A DNA stretch of 64,000 bases from a virus. Made by a program: the position numbers and the translations under genes. Positions 35,159 through 44,682 of this stretch are shown here, in pieces. The notes beneath the pieces are model-generated. The model was not told the origin of the DNA, made no database searches, and saw nothing but the letters and a program-made list of their open reading frames with translations. The stretch is taken from the IMG/VR virus record IMGVR_UViG_3300009431_000004; one strand, written 5' to 3'. Every line of letters begins with the position of its first letter. The stretch's first letter is position 1.

Positions 35159-35382
35159 AGGCCATCACGTACCGCTACCGGGGGATGATTGAGAGAGCGC
35201 GTGGCGGTGTCTTCCGCTGGCGCGTTGGCTACTCGGAGGATTCCCCGGAGGGAAGACCTTACTACCCGTGGATGACCGTGGCCGAGTGCCGTGACGATGC
35301 GAAGGCGCAGGGAGGCCGGGCGGTCTTCGATAGAGACTGTGACCCGGTTGGGGCCAAGGAGTCGAGGAGGCAATATGGGTGA
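35146..35382 (+). CDS. hypothetical protein
   Basis: Operon packing. Confidence 0.5.
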   Translation: MPKLKAITYRYRGMIERARGGVFRWRVGYSEDSPEGRPYYPWMTVAECRDDAKAQGGRAVFDRDCDPVGAKESRRQYG

Positions 35383-35719
35383 GCGCATGTTCGAGGACCG
35401 CAAGCCGGAGGCAGCCGCCCGTCAACTGTCCGTCGTGCTGGCATGGCTCGTCGAGTGCGAGCTGGCCACCTACGCGGGGCTGCTGATGCTCAAGCGTCCG
35501 GGCGCGGGCAACCTGCGACGGCACCGGGACATCTGTGCGAAGGCCGTGTTCCACGCCTTCGACCTGCGGGTCGAGCCGAAGGGACTGTTGGGCCGCGAAT
35601 GCCCCCGGCTTAGTCGTCTGCTGGACGACTTGAACGCGATGATTCTCCCGAGCGGGCGCATGGAGTCGCTCGGAGTGGTCGGGGCCGTCCTCGACCGCCA
35701 CCACAGGAGAGACACATGA
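35375..35719 (+). CDS. hypothetical protein
   Basis: GGAGG RBS; operon packing. Confidence 0.55.
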   Translation: MGERMFEDRKPEAAARQLSVVLAWLVECELATYAGLLMLKRPGAGNLRRHRDICAKAVFHAFDLRVEPKGLLGRECPRLSRLLDDLNAMILPSGRMESLGVVGAVLDRHHRRDT

Positions 35720-36309
35720 CCGAAAACACCAAGCTCGACGTGGGGTTCAACAAGTTCGTGAGGCGTCAGACGCCCGACTCGAAGTTCTCCCACTGGACGT
35801 TCAGCGACGAAGAGATGCTGAAGCGCATCCACGACGCATGGGTCCAGCGGACGCCGGGTTACAGGCCCGACGTGGTGTTGGTGCCGGTGGACCCGACCGG
35901 GTTCTTCACGGGCGTCGTGGTCCTGAACGAGGGGGACAACCTGCGTGGCTCCTTCATGCCGCGTCAGAAGGGTGAGGCCCCGCGCAAGACCTTCTGCCTC
36001 GACACGAGGGACCGTGACGGCAAAGCGGGCAGCCCCCGGCACCGCAAGGCTCCCGCCGTGAGCGTGGAAATCGTGCTGTACTCGCGGGAGGCACTGGCCG
36101 AGGACGGCGAGACTGCCGAGTTCGACTGGAACATCATCAGCGTGAACGCCAACCCGGTCGAGGGCAAGATGCCCATCGAGCCTTTCACCCTGATGTCCAA
36201 CCACTTCCACGACTCCGGTGGGACACAGACGGGCATGACCAACGACGAGTTCGTGGAGGCTCTCCGCGACGCCTACTTCTTTTGGAAGGACAAGACATTC
36301 ATCGGGTAG
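35716..36309 (+). CDS. DUF3228-like protein
   Basis: GYRPDVVLVPV, IVLYSREAL, W.IISVNA, MPIEPFTLMSN...GGT. Confidence 0.65.
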   Translation: MTENTKLDVGFNKFVRRQTPDSKFSHWTFSDEEMLKRIHDAWVQRTPGYRPDVVLVPVDPTGFFTGVVVLNEGDNLRGSFMPRQKGEAPRKTFCLDTRDRDGKAGSPRHRKAPAVSVEIVLYSREALAEDGETAEFDWNIISVNANPVEGKMPIEPFTLMSNHFHDSGGTQTGMTNDEFVEALRDAYFFWKDKTFIG

Positions 36310-36335
36310 GCCCACACCACACAGCATTAGGGTAG

Positions 36336-36554
36336 AGTGGGAAGTGTCCTGTTCTTGAGGTGCCTCTTGTGCCAAACGCAGGGGGAAACACAGCGAGTCC
36401 TTACAGTCCTTCACTAGACCGTTTTGACCTTTCAAAGGGGTACATTGTGGGAAATGTTGCAGTGGTCAGCCATCGAGCAAACGGCCTCAAAAGGGATGCT
36501 TCACTTTTAGAAATGGAGGCCCTCCTGCTGTATATGGAGAAAAAACTACAATGA
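36336..36554 (+). pseudogene. Truncated HNH-like homing endonuclease (C-terminal fragment)
   Basis: GKCPVLEVPL...SLDRFDLSKGYIVGNVAVVSHRANGLK, same family as 53967-54542; AT-rich. Confidence 0.7.
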
Positions 36555-37174
36555 AATCGAGAGGTTCATACGTTGTGGTAGAGGGAGGAGATGGGTCGGG
36601 CAAGGACACCCAAGCGGACCTCCTCTGTGGCTGGTTCCGGTCGAAGGGGCTTGACCCTCTCCGCTTGAACGAACCCGACGACACGCTCCCCACCGGGAAA
36701 CTCATGCGGCAGATGCTCAAGGACGGCAGCTACGTCAAGGCCCATGCCGTGATGTTCCTCGCGGACCGGATGGCCATGCTCCCCGAGCGCGTCACCCCGG
36801 CCCGAGATTCTGGAAGACCTGTCGTGTGCTGTCGGTCATTCCTCTCAACGCTGGTGTACCAGCAGGAGAACTGGCCCCTCGACTGGCTGTTCGCCATCCA
36901 CAAGCAGCTCCCCGAGAAGCCGACCCACCTCGTCATTCTCGACGTGCCGCCCGAGGTCGGGATGGCCCGAGTCGGAAAGCGCGTGGGCCACACCGAGTAT
37001 TACGAGAAGGTGGGAGTCCAGAAGCGTGTCCGGGAGCGTTACCGAGAGCTGGCCAGCAAGGACCCACGACTCGAAGACATGATGGAGCCACGCCACGTCA
37101 TTGCGACCCTCGACGGTAGTCGGCCCATCGCGGACGTGCAGAGGGACATTCGCATGATGTGGAGTTCACTGTGA
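36551..37174 (+). CDS. tmk: Thymidylate kinase
   Basis: VEGGDGSGKDTQ P-loop, EP, FLADR, R...STLVYQ, LDVPPE. Confidence 0.92.
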   Translation: MKSRGSYVVVEGGDGSGKDTQADLLCGWFRSKGLDPLRLNEPDDTLPTGKLMRQMLKDGSYVKAHAVMFLADRMAMLPERVTPARDSGRPVVCCRSFLSTLVYQQENWPLDWLFAIHKQLPEKPTHLVILDVPPEVGMARVGKRVGHTEYYEKVGVQKRVRERYRELASKDPRLEDMMEPRHVIATLDGSRPIADVQRDIRMMWSSL

Positions 37175-37674
37175 GCAAGAAGAACGACCCGAAGCGCATG
37201 AAGCGGAAACAGAAGAAAGCCCTCAAACGGACACGCCGCACCAAAGCCCGTACCCCGAAGGCCCCGGTGTCCCGGAAGGCACCGACCGTCAACTGGCCCG
37301 CCGACGAGTTTCTGTTCTGGGTCGCGCACGGGGCCAACTACATCCTGAGCGACTACGCCAACGGGACATGGCAACCGCTATTCGAGAACATCTACGAGGG
37401 CGGGGCACCCCCTTCGCTGAACAAGATGCAGTCCGCCATCATGGCCAAGTTCGGGCCGGACAACGGTGACTGGCCCCCAGAAGGCAGGGCCGTCCTCGCG
37501 TGGACCGTCCAGACCGTTCAGGCGGTCTACACCTTCTATCAGGACTCCAAGAGGCGGGCCGAAGGTCACGACCCCGAGGGCGACATCGAAGCCCTCGTGC
37601 GTCAGCCCCACTACAGCCCGGTGTGGGAGGCGTTCGACTTCCTCAAGCAGCAACTCGCCGCGAGGAGCGCATGA
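37171..37674 (+). CDS. hypothetical protein with basic N-terminus
   Basis: GTGA overlap with the tmk stop. Confidence 0.6.
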   Translation: MSKKNDPKRMKRKQKKALKRTRRTKARTPKAPVSRKAPTVNWPADEFLFWVAHGANYILSDYANGTWQPLFENIYEGGAPPSLNKMQSAIMAKFGPDNGDWPPEGRAVLAWTVQTVQAVYTFYQDSKRRAEGHDPEGDIEALVRQPHYSPVWEAFDFLKQQLAARSA

Positions 37675-38561
37675 GTGGACCGATGCCCGAAGAACTCCAA
37701 CCCGTTCAGCCGGTGGTGGAACCGGCATTGCGGTGGCCACAAGTTCGTGCCGGACCCCGGCAAGAGGCCGACGGAATCTTTCGGGAAAAGCTGTGGGACA
37801 GCCCCGTATCACTGTGCGAAGTGCGGATACGAAGTGGATGCGGTTATCACGCCGTTCGGCATCGACCGTTACCTGCCTCCGAAGCCGCCCCCGGACCTCG
37901 TGGGAGAAGGGCAGGGACGAGAGCTTGAGAAGGTCTGCTTCTTCGGGGGTCGTAACTCGACGGAGCTGTACCAGAGGTTCCTCGATTTGGTGGGAAGACC
38001 CATGAACGAAGCAGCGACAACCCTTCGGGCCATGCGTGAGGCAGCCAAGACCATCGAGAGGGCCGCGACCCCGGTGACGGGCAACGTGGCCCTGACCACC
38101 GACACGGTAGACCGGGCGTCGGCGCTCGTTGACAGGCTGCTGGAAGGTTCGGCAGGCCGGGACATCCCGGTAGGCACCGTGGATGTCGTGCGATTCGCCC
38201 TGAAGCAAGCACGGGACACCGACCTCACGGTCACGAAGCGCCGCTGGCACCTCGCCAATGCGGCAAGCGAGATTGCCTTCTGGGAGGACATAAGCCCACT
38301 ACAGGCCCAACGCGGATGTCGTTGCTCTGCTGGACGACTTCAAGGAACTCGAAGACTTGGTGAAGAAGATACGCCGGACGGCTGAGAGCCGAGTCTCCGA
38401 GTCCCGAGAGAGTTCTCGACGAGATTGCCGAAATCCTCGACGGCAAGAAGCCAAAACCCCCGGTCCCGGAACACTCCGTTGGCACGGCACGGGGCGGACG
38501 GGTCAATCGGATGCCCGTGGAAGGCACCGAGTCCGAGAACGACGACCCCGGCTGCGACTAG
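37675..38561 (+). CDS. hypothetical protein(s), apparently frameshifted
   Basis: Best GC3 frame switches near 38296 and 38368. Confidence 0.4.
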
Positions 38562-38569
38562 GAGGAGCC

Positions 38570-38990
38570 ATGAACCTTGACGAAGCCATCACCCAAGCGG
38601 AAGAAGCCGCTGCACGGAGCGAGGCGGACAACGGGCCGTCCGACGACGACACCGTGGGGTATCGCCAGCTCGCCGCGAGGCTCAAAGAGCTGAAGGAGTA
38701 CCGGGCGAGGTACGGGAAAGGCATCACGCAGGACGAGATGGACGAGGCGCTGGCAGCCAACGAGGCCATCAACTTCGACGGCTTCGAGGACGCTGTGGTC
38801 GGCGTCGTCGAGCGGTTCAGCTCTGGTCCACTCATCCTCTACAACCGCGCCCGCTGCATCGAGATTCTGCGGGAGCAGTCCGAGATGAACCACGGCGAAG
38901 CTGAGGAATTCTTCGAGTTCAACTCCATCGGGTGCTGGGCCGGGGACGGGACGCCCTGCTTCCACCTTCCTCGAAGTCAAGGCACCCTGA
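38570..38990 (+). CDS. conserved phage hypothetical protein (DGFEDAVVG...EEFFEFN..G.W.G..TP.F), frameshift near the 3' end
   Basis: GGAGG RBS; natural-looking end TFLEVKAP* lies in another frame. Confidence 0.55.
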
Positions 38991-39089
38991 TGGACACCGT
39001 GACCATCATATTCCTGTTGGTCGTACAGTTGTGGATTCTTGGACCCTATCTGGCCGCATGGCTTCTCCGCCCATTGATAAAAGACGTGG

Positions 39090-39118
39090 AGGGGCTTAGA
39101 ACACCTCCTTCCGAGTAG
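39090..39118 (+). promoter_or_regulatory. Recurrent phage promoter
   Basis: GGGGCTTAG-N13-GAGTAG. Confidence 0.7.
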
Positions 39119-39140
39119 AGAACATAGGAAGGAGGCAATC

Positions 39141-39458
39141 ATGGCACTCGGTATCCAAGTCGCGCACGCGAAGAACCCGACCTTCGGGTTCATGGACCTG
39201 CCGGACAGGCCCGCCCCGAAGTACCCTGATGACTTCATCATGGTGGCCATCGTAGAGGTGCCGCCGGGGACGGAGCCGGACCCGGACTTCGCGTTCCAAG
39301 CGACGAATCATATCGACGGCCACTGGTGGGACAACGAGTCCGTCACGCTCGTAGGTGAGCCGACGCATCGCTCGACCAGCGTCGGAGACGCTGTGGCCAT
39401 GCCGGACGGGCGTGTCCTGATGTGCGCCAACACAGGCTGGAAGGAGCTGAAATCATGA
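39141..39458 (+). CDS. phage hypothetical protein (RSTSVGD motif)
   Basis: GGAGG RBS; HRSTSVGD...GW motif. Confidence 0.65.
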   Translation: MALGIQVAHAKNPTFGFMDLPDRPAPKYPDDFIMVAIVEVPPGTEPDPDFAFQATNHIDGHWWDNESVTLVGEPTHRSTSVGDAVAMPDGRVLMCANTGWKELKS

Positions 39459-40081
39459 GTAAACCTTGGAAGGAAGAAGAACTGACGGCCATCCTGACCG
39501 AAGCGGACAGGCTGACCATCGCCACGACTCCCGACGCAGCCGGTGGCCCTCTCGTCGGGCGTATCCTGAGCGCCGCCGACAAGACATGGGACTTCGCCAA
39601 TACCTCGTGGCTCGGTGGTCTGCCCTTGTGGGTGGGGACCATCTTGGAGAGGCTGTCCGACGACTGCTTCACCCTCCCCCGTGTCACGCGGCCCCTCAAG
39701 CCCCTGACTTTCGAGGGACTCAAGGACAAGTTCTTGAGGGACGCGGACGACGCGCTCGGAGAACATCAGGATTGGTGGGAGCAAGACCCGGACGACTATC
39801 GTATCAACTTCCACCGGGACTTCGACGGCAAGCACCCGTGGGGCGACGAGAACGTGGCCGCGTGCAAGAAGTGGCTCGACACCGTGACCCCCTACAGCGT
39901 GTGGCGGATTGCCAACGCGGTGCAGGAGGCCGTCCATGTGGAGGTCGAAGACCACCTGCTCACGCTGTCCATGGACGGGTCCGGCAGCCACAAGCTCACG
40001 GACGCCGCCCAACGGACCTTCGACGAACAGGTCACGGCGCTCTGGGAGACACTCACCAAGGCAGAGCAGCCGACCGGCTGA
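39455..40081 (+). CDS. hypothetical protein
   Basis: ATGA overlap with the upstream gene. Confidence 0.6.
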   Translation: MSKPWKEEELTAILTEADRLTIATTPDAAGGPLVGRILSAADKTWDFANTSWLGGLPLWVGTILERLSDDCFTLPRVTRPLKPLTFEGLKDKFLRDADDALGEHQDWWEQDPDDYRINFHRDFDGKHPWGDENVAACKKWLDTVTPYSVWRIANAVQEAVHVEVEDHLLTLSMDGSGSHKLTDAAQRTFDEQVTALWETLTKAEQPTG

Positions 40082-40099
40082 CACGCTGAACAGCAGCCT

Positions 40100-40531
40100 T
40101 CACGGCGTTCCTTCAAGTGGGTTCGGGAGGGCCACTACAGAAAGCCAGTAGTGGTGCAGTTCCTTCAGCACTTCCTTCATGGCCTCGAAGGTGACGGGCT
40201 TGAGGACATACGAGTTGGCCCCCTTCGAGTAGGCCGAGAATATGTCGGCCTCGGTCCGGGAGGTCGTCATTATCACCACGGGGATGTGGCGGAGCCGCTT
40301 CGAGGCGCGGATGGCTTGCAGGGCTTCGCTCCCATCCATCCGGGGCATCTTGAGGTCCAACATGACAAGGGAGGGCGTGGGTTTCGTGTCGTCTTCGAGA
40401 CGCGCCAGTAGCTCCTCCCCGTCCTCGACCCGTTCCACGGAACACTGGTCTTCACACTCCTTGAGGGTGTCTTCGACTAGAATCCAGTCCTCGTTGTCGT
40501 CTTCTGCAAAAATCAACAGGGGTACGGCCAT
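40100..40531 (-). CDS. Single-domain response regulator (Rcp1-like)
   Basis: AEDD, LDLKMPRMDG, MTTS, GANSYVLKP. Confidence 0.93.
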   Translation of the reverse strand: MAVPLLIFAEDDNEDWILVEDTLKECEDQCSVERVEDGEELLARLEDDTKPTPSLVMLDLKMPRMDGSEALQAIRASKRLRHIPVVIMTTSRTEADIFSAYSKGANSYVLKPVTFEAMKEVLKELHHYWLSVVALPNPLEGTP

Positions 40532-42187
40532 CTAGTTCTCCGCAGGTCGCAATGGGATTGTCACAGTGAAGGTCGCCCCTTTTCCGGGTTCCCCCTTAGC
40601 AGAAATATAACCTCCGTAGTGGGAAATAATCCTGCGGCACAGCGCCAGCCCGATTCCGGTCCCCGGATAGGCAAACCGAGTATGCAACCTCGTGAAAACA
40701 CTGAATATTTTGTCCGCGAACTTCTGGTCGAACCCGATGCCGTTGTCTGCCACGGTCACGAATGCAAGGTCCTCCTCGACAGTGCCGTCGATGCGGACGA
40801 CGGGAAGGACATCGGGTTTCCTGAATTTGATGGCGTTCGAGAGAAGATTCTGGAACAGGATGCGGAACTGCGCCGAATGACCCCGGACCGTTGGGAGGTC
40901 CCCAACGATGACCTCGGCCTTGGCCTCGTCGAGGACCAGCTCCAAGTCGGTCAGCACTTCGGCCACGACGACGTTGAGGTCCACGTCCATGAAGGGGACC
41001 TGTTCCCCGCCGCCCGCCTTGGAGTAGCTCAGGAGGTCGTCGATGAGCTTGGTCATCCGCGTGGACGCGCTCTGCATAACTTCGAGGCACTCTTGCACTT
41101 TGGGTTCGGCCTCCTCGCGCAGCAGTCCTGCTAGTCTGTTGCCGAAATTGGTGATTTTGTTCAGAGGCTCCCGCAAATCATGGGAGGCCGCGTAGGCAAA
41201 GGACTGAAGTGCCTCGTTCGATACTTCGAGCTGGTGGGTTCGATTCAGGACCATGCCTTCGAGACGGGACATGACTTCCTTGGCCCGCGTGATGTCCCGG
41301 ATGACCACCAGAACCTCATCCGGGCCGGACGGGCTGAACCGGGCCTCGAAGGTGTACCCCGGCACCTTCGGGAGACGGTACTCCCATTCTTGGATGATCC
41401 CCGTGTCCAGAGCCTTCCCGATGCACTTCATCGCGTTGGCTGCGAACTCCGGCGGGAAGACCTCTTGGACGTTCTTCCCGAGGTACTGGGATGGCCGCAT
41501 GGCCACCGGCACAGCGCCGGGGTGACTGTCGATGAACACCCCCTCGCGGCAGATGAGATGCAGCATGTCCGGGGTCGCCTCCAAGAAGGCTCGGTAGCGA
41601 CCTTCAAGGGTCTGGGTCTGTTTCTCGTGCGTGTCGTGGAGAAAGTCCTCCATACGGTGTCGCTGGATGGAGGCCCCAAAGAGTCCGCTCAGGAGGTGGA
41701 CAATCCACAGGTCCGCATCGGAGTAATCTTTCGGCTTGTTAGCCACTGCGAGTTGGCCCACCAGCTCGTCCCCGATGAGTGCAGGTGCGCCAAGGAAGTT
41801 GGTGAGTTGGATGTGGCCCTCTGGGGCACCCTTCGAGGCCGGGTGGGAAGCCGGGTCATTCGTGAAGAAGGCCAGCTTGGTTGTCATGGCATGGCCCCAC
41901 AACTTCGGGTAGGTGCCGTCGGGAAGAGGCGGGAACACGATGCGCTCCTCCTCGGGCTGAAGTTGGCACTCCTTTCCCATCATGTCCGTCAAGGAGTAGC
42001 AGACGAGTTCCTTCGTCACGGGGTCCACGGCACCAGCGAAGGCATGGAGGCTCCCGGTCAACTGCCGGGCGCAGTCGGTGGCAGTCCTCGACAGGGATTC
42101 GAGGGAGACGTTGTTCTTGATGAGTTCCTTGGCCACCTCTGCGACGGCAGAGAGGACCTCGACCGGGTTGTCTAGCCTGTGGAGCAT
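40532..42187 (-). CDS. Cytoplasmic GAF-PAS sensor histidine kinase
   Basis: H-box ASHDLREPL, N-box NLLSNAIKF, DNGIG, GTGIGL; N-terminal GAF and PAS. Confidence 0.94.
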   Translation of the reverse strand: MLHRLDNPVEVLSAVAEVAKELIKNNVSLESLSRTATDCARQLTGSLHAFAGAVDPVTKELVCYSLTDMMGKECQLQPEEERIVFPPLPDGTYPKLWGHAMTTKLAFFTNDPASHPASKGAPEGHIQLTNFLGAPALIGDELVGQLAVANKPKDYSDADLWIVHLLSGLFGASIQRHRMEDFLHDTHEKQTQTLEGRYRAFLEATPDMLHLICREGVFIDSHPGAVPVAMRPSQYLGKNVQEVFPPEFAANAMKCIGKALDTGIIQEWEYRLPKVPGYTFEARFSPSGPDEVLVVIRDITRAKEVMSRLEGMVLNRTHQLEVSNEALQSFAYAASHDLREPLNKITNFGNRLAGLLREEAEPKVQECLEVMQSASTRMTKLIDDLLSYSKAGGGEQVPFMDVDLNVVVAEVLTDLELVLDEAKAEVIVGDLPTVRGHSAQFRILFQNLLSNAIKFRKPDVLPVVRIDGTVEEDLAFVTVADNGIGFDQKFADKIFSVFTRLHTRFAYPGTGIGLALCRRIISHYGGYISAKGEPGKGATFTVTIPLRPAEN

Positions 42188-42969
42188 GACGGTTCTATTC
42201 CCCCACCCCCCAGCCTCAGCAGGGTCGTGGCCTTCAGGGCTTCAACCGTTGCCGGGTCGAGGGAGTTGATGAGGATGACCGCAAGGACCGCAATCGTTAC
42301 CAGACAGAGGAAGATGACAATGGCCACAATCGGATTCGATTTTATCCAGTCGAGCAACCACCTGAATCGAGAAATGTCACGGACTTCGGAGAGGACGGCA
42401 TCCCGCATCGACCTGATGTCTGCCCGTATCGCCGCGCTCTGCTCGGTGCTGGCCGCCCGCGATGCCTTCAGCTCCTCGGTCGCGTGTGTCTGGGCGATGA
42501 CCGACTCTCTCGTGAGGCTCACCAGAGTCTCGATGTTCACGCCGACGCCCGGCCCGCTGCCGTTACGGGTCTGCTTCTCGTACAGCCCGATGGCGTAGAT
42601 GCAGGTGCGTTCCAGAATCTCGGTGTTGAAGGTGCCTTTTTCGAGGTACTCGGCAGCCCCAGCTTCGATGGCGCGGGCTTGCAGGCTACGGTCCCCGTGG
42701 CTCGTGATGATGACCACTGGAATCTTGAAATACAGCTCCTCGTAGATGCGTTTCAGGAAGGACAGGCCGTCGAGGTCAGGGAGCTTGTAGTCCAGCAGGA
42801 CTACATCGAACTTGGACTCTTCCAGCTTCGTCAGACCGGCGTCCGCTGTCTCCGCCTTCTCGACCGCGAACTTCGCCCGTTTGCCTTCCCCGAGCAGGTC
42901 GGAGACGAGCTTGGCATCCTCCCGGTCATCGTCGATGATGAGGACACGGACGCTGGTTGCAGGAGGCAT
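42172..42969 (-). CDS. Receiver domain fused to coiled coil and C-terminal TM helix
   Basis: IIDDD, LLDYKLPDLDG, ITS, YLEK; C-terminal PIVAIVIFLCLVTIAVLAVILI. Confidence 0.85.
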   Translation of the reverse strand: MPPATSVRVLIIDDDREDAKLVSDLLGEGKRAKFAVEKAETADAGLTKLEESKFDVVLLDYKLPDLDGLSFLKRIYEELYFKIPVVIITSHGDRSLQARAIEAGAAEYLEKGTFNTEILERTCIYAIGLYEKQTRNGSGPGVGVNIETLVSLTRESVIAQTHATEELKASRAASTEQSAAIRADIRSMRDAVLSEVRDISRFRWLLDWIKSNPIVAIVIFLCLVTIAVLAVILINSLDPATVEALKATTLLRLGGGGIEPSCSTG

Positions 42970-42978
42970 TGGACCTCC

Positions 42979-44025
42979 TTAGTGGCAGAGCGAGAGCTGC
43001 TTCTCGATGTACGTGAACAGGGTGTTGAGTTCCTTCAGGAGCGCCTTGCCCTCGGGGTCCGGCAGGAAGCGGGGCTTCCCCTGCACCCGGCGGAGCGGCC
43101 TGCTCATGAGCTTCATGAGCTTCTGACCCATGGTGCTGTCCTCGCTGGTCAAGGCGCGGATGAGCCGGACGCCACGGTCGAGGGCGGCCTCGATGGTATC
43201 GGACTTGCCCTCACGGGTGATTTCCATGCGGGCCTTGGCGACTTCTTCTTGGAGTTGGCGCAGGCTCGGGGAGCAGTAGGCCGTGGACTGACTTCCCCAG
43301 CCGAAGCCCACCTGCCGGGCGAGGCCCACCGGGTACTCGCCCATCTTGAGCTTCTTGCCGTCGGGAGTCTTGTGGTTCGGCCCGAAGGCGTCCACGTAGC
43401 CACGGGAGATGCGCTTGGCGTAGTGCTGGGCCAGCTCCCTCTTGGCCCCGTTCAGGGTCGGGAACCAGAACCTCGGGTCCGAGTCGAACTTGGCCCCGTC
43501 GATGCGCCCGGTCTTGCCCGAATCGGTCAGAGCGCCCCAGCGCCGGACGACCCGGTGGCCGCCATCGTCGTCCTTGATGACGCCTTCGTAGAACTTGGAG
43601 TGCTTGGCGTCCGGGTCCACGTTGTAGACCATGAAGCCTTCGCCCGCCCGGACACGGCTCTTGTTCAGGCCGTCCTTCTCCATGATGGGCTTGTGGGCCA
43701 TCTTCTGAAGGAGGGCCTGCTTCTCGAAGCAGGTGAGGGAAGCCCACCGATGCCTCGACATCTTGTCCCCGTAGAAGTGGCACGCGACACGGACCGCCTC
43801 GGCGGCTTCCCGCCTCATCTCGGCAGCCTGCCGCATGAGGGGGACGAGGTGCTTCCGCGTCTCAGGATGCTGGGCCGCGCACTTCTCCATCTCCGCGAGA
43901 AGCCCCTCGTCGCGCATGTCCGACATCTCGTCGAACTGCCGTTGGTCGAAGTGTTCTCCGAGTTCGTCTGTTTCCAAGAGAACTTCCGGGGGCTTGCGTT
44001 CTCCGAGGTCGCACGTCGGGTCCAT
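42979..44025 (-). CDS. WGR-like domain protein
   Basis: SKFYE...VVRRWGA...K.ISRGY; start at 44025 with RBS. Confidence 0.7.
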   Translation of the reverse strand: MDPTCDLGERKPPEVLLETDELGEHFDQRQFDEMSDMRDEGLLAEMEKCAAQHPETRKHLVPLMRQAAEMRREAAEAVRVACHFYGDKMSRHRWASLTCFEKQALLQKMAHKPIMEKDGLNKSRVRAGEGFMVYNVDPDAKHSKFYEGVIKDDDGGHRVVRRWGALTDSGKTGRIDGAKFDSDPRFWFPTLNGAKRELAQHYAKRISRGYVDAFGPNHKTPDGKKLKMGEYPVGLARQVGFGWGSQSTAYCSPSLRQLQEEVAKARMEITREGKSDTIEAALDRGVRLIRALTSEDSTMGQKLMKLMSRPLRRVQGKPRFLPDPEGKALLKELNTLFTYIEKQLSLCH

Positions 44026-44088
44026 GATGTCTACTCCCTGCAAGGCCAAAAGGCATGAAGCCACGCTCTCATCTATAGGGAGTATTTA

Positions 44089-44643
44089 CTAGCTACCGAG
44101 AAACTCCTCGTCGGAGAGCAACCCATCGAGAAGGTCGTCGATGGCGTCGGGGGCTTCGGGGTTGTCCGCAGTGGTCATTTCGGCAGGGGTCATGTCGGTG
44201 AGGTCGTCGAGGTCGTCGTCGGCACCCGTCTTGTCCTTCGCGGGGGGTGCCCCAAGCGTGGGGGTAACGCCCGGAAGCTCGGGTTCGCCGCAGACTTGGA
44301 GGAACCCGGCTGCCAGTCCGAGGAGCTGTGCCTTGGCCTCGACGAGGGCTTCTCTCAGGCCATCGAGGCCCTTCCCCTTGTGCTGCCACAGAACCGTTGT
44401 AGAGCCATCGACGACCTCCCGTACCCCGCGAATCTCCACGTTGATGTCCCCGGCGTTCTTGCGTTGGGAGCCAATCCCGGCTTTCCTGCGATGCAGCTTC
44501 GTGTAGACCTCGATTTCCAACTGGATGAGTCCGATGTCGATGTGGTCCACGTAGCCCGTGTCCCAATGCTTCCGGTGGGAGGTTGTCCCCGGCAGAATCT
44601 CGGTGAGGAGGGCATCAAACTCTGCTGGTGTCGGGGTGTCCAC
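44089..44643 (-). CDS. hypothetical protein with acidic tail
   Basis: AGGAG RBS with GTG start. Confidence 0.6.
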   Translation of the reverse strand: MDTPTPAEFDALLTEILPGTTSHRKHWDTGYVDHIDIGLIQLEIEVYTKLHRRKAGIGSQRKNAGDINVEIRGVREVVDGSTTVLWQHKGKGLDGLREALVEAKAQLLGLAAGFLQVCGEPELPGVTPTLGAPPAKDKTGADDDLDDLTDMTPAEMTTADNPEAPDAIDDLLDGLLSDEEFLGS

Positions 44644-44682
44644 GCTCCTACTACTCTATTTCGGGCGAAGGTGGGGCGGGGG

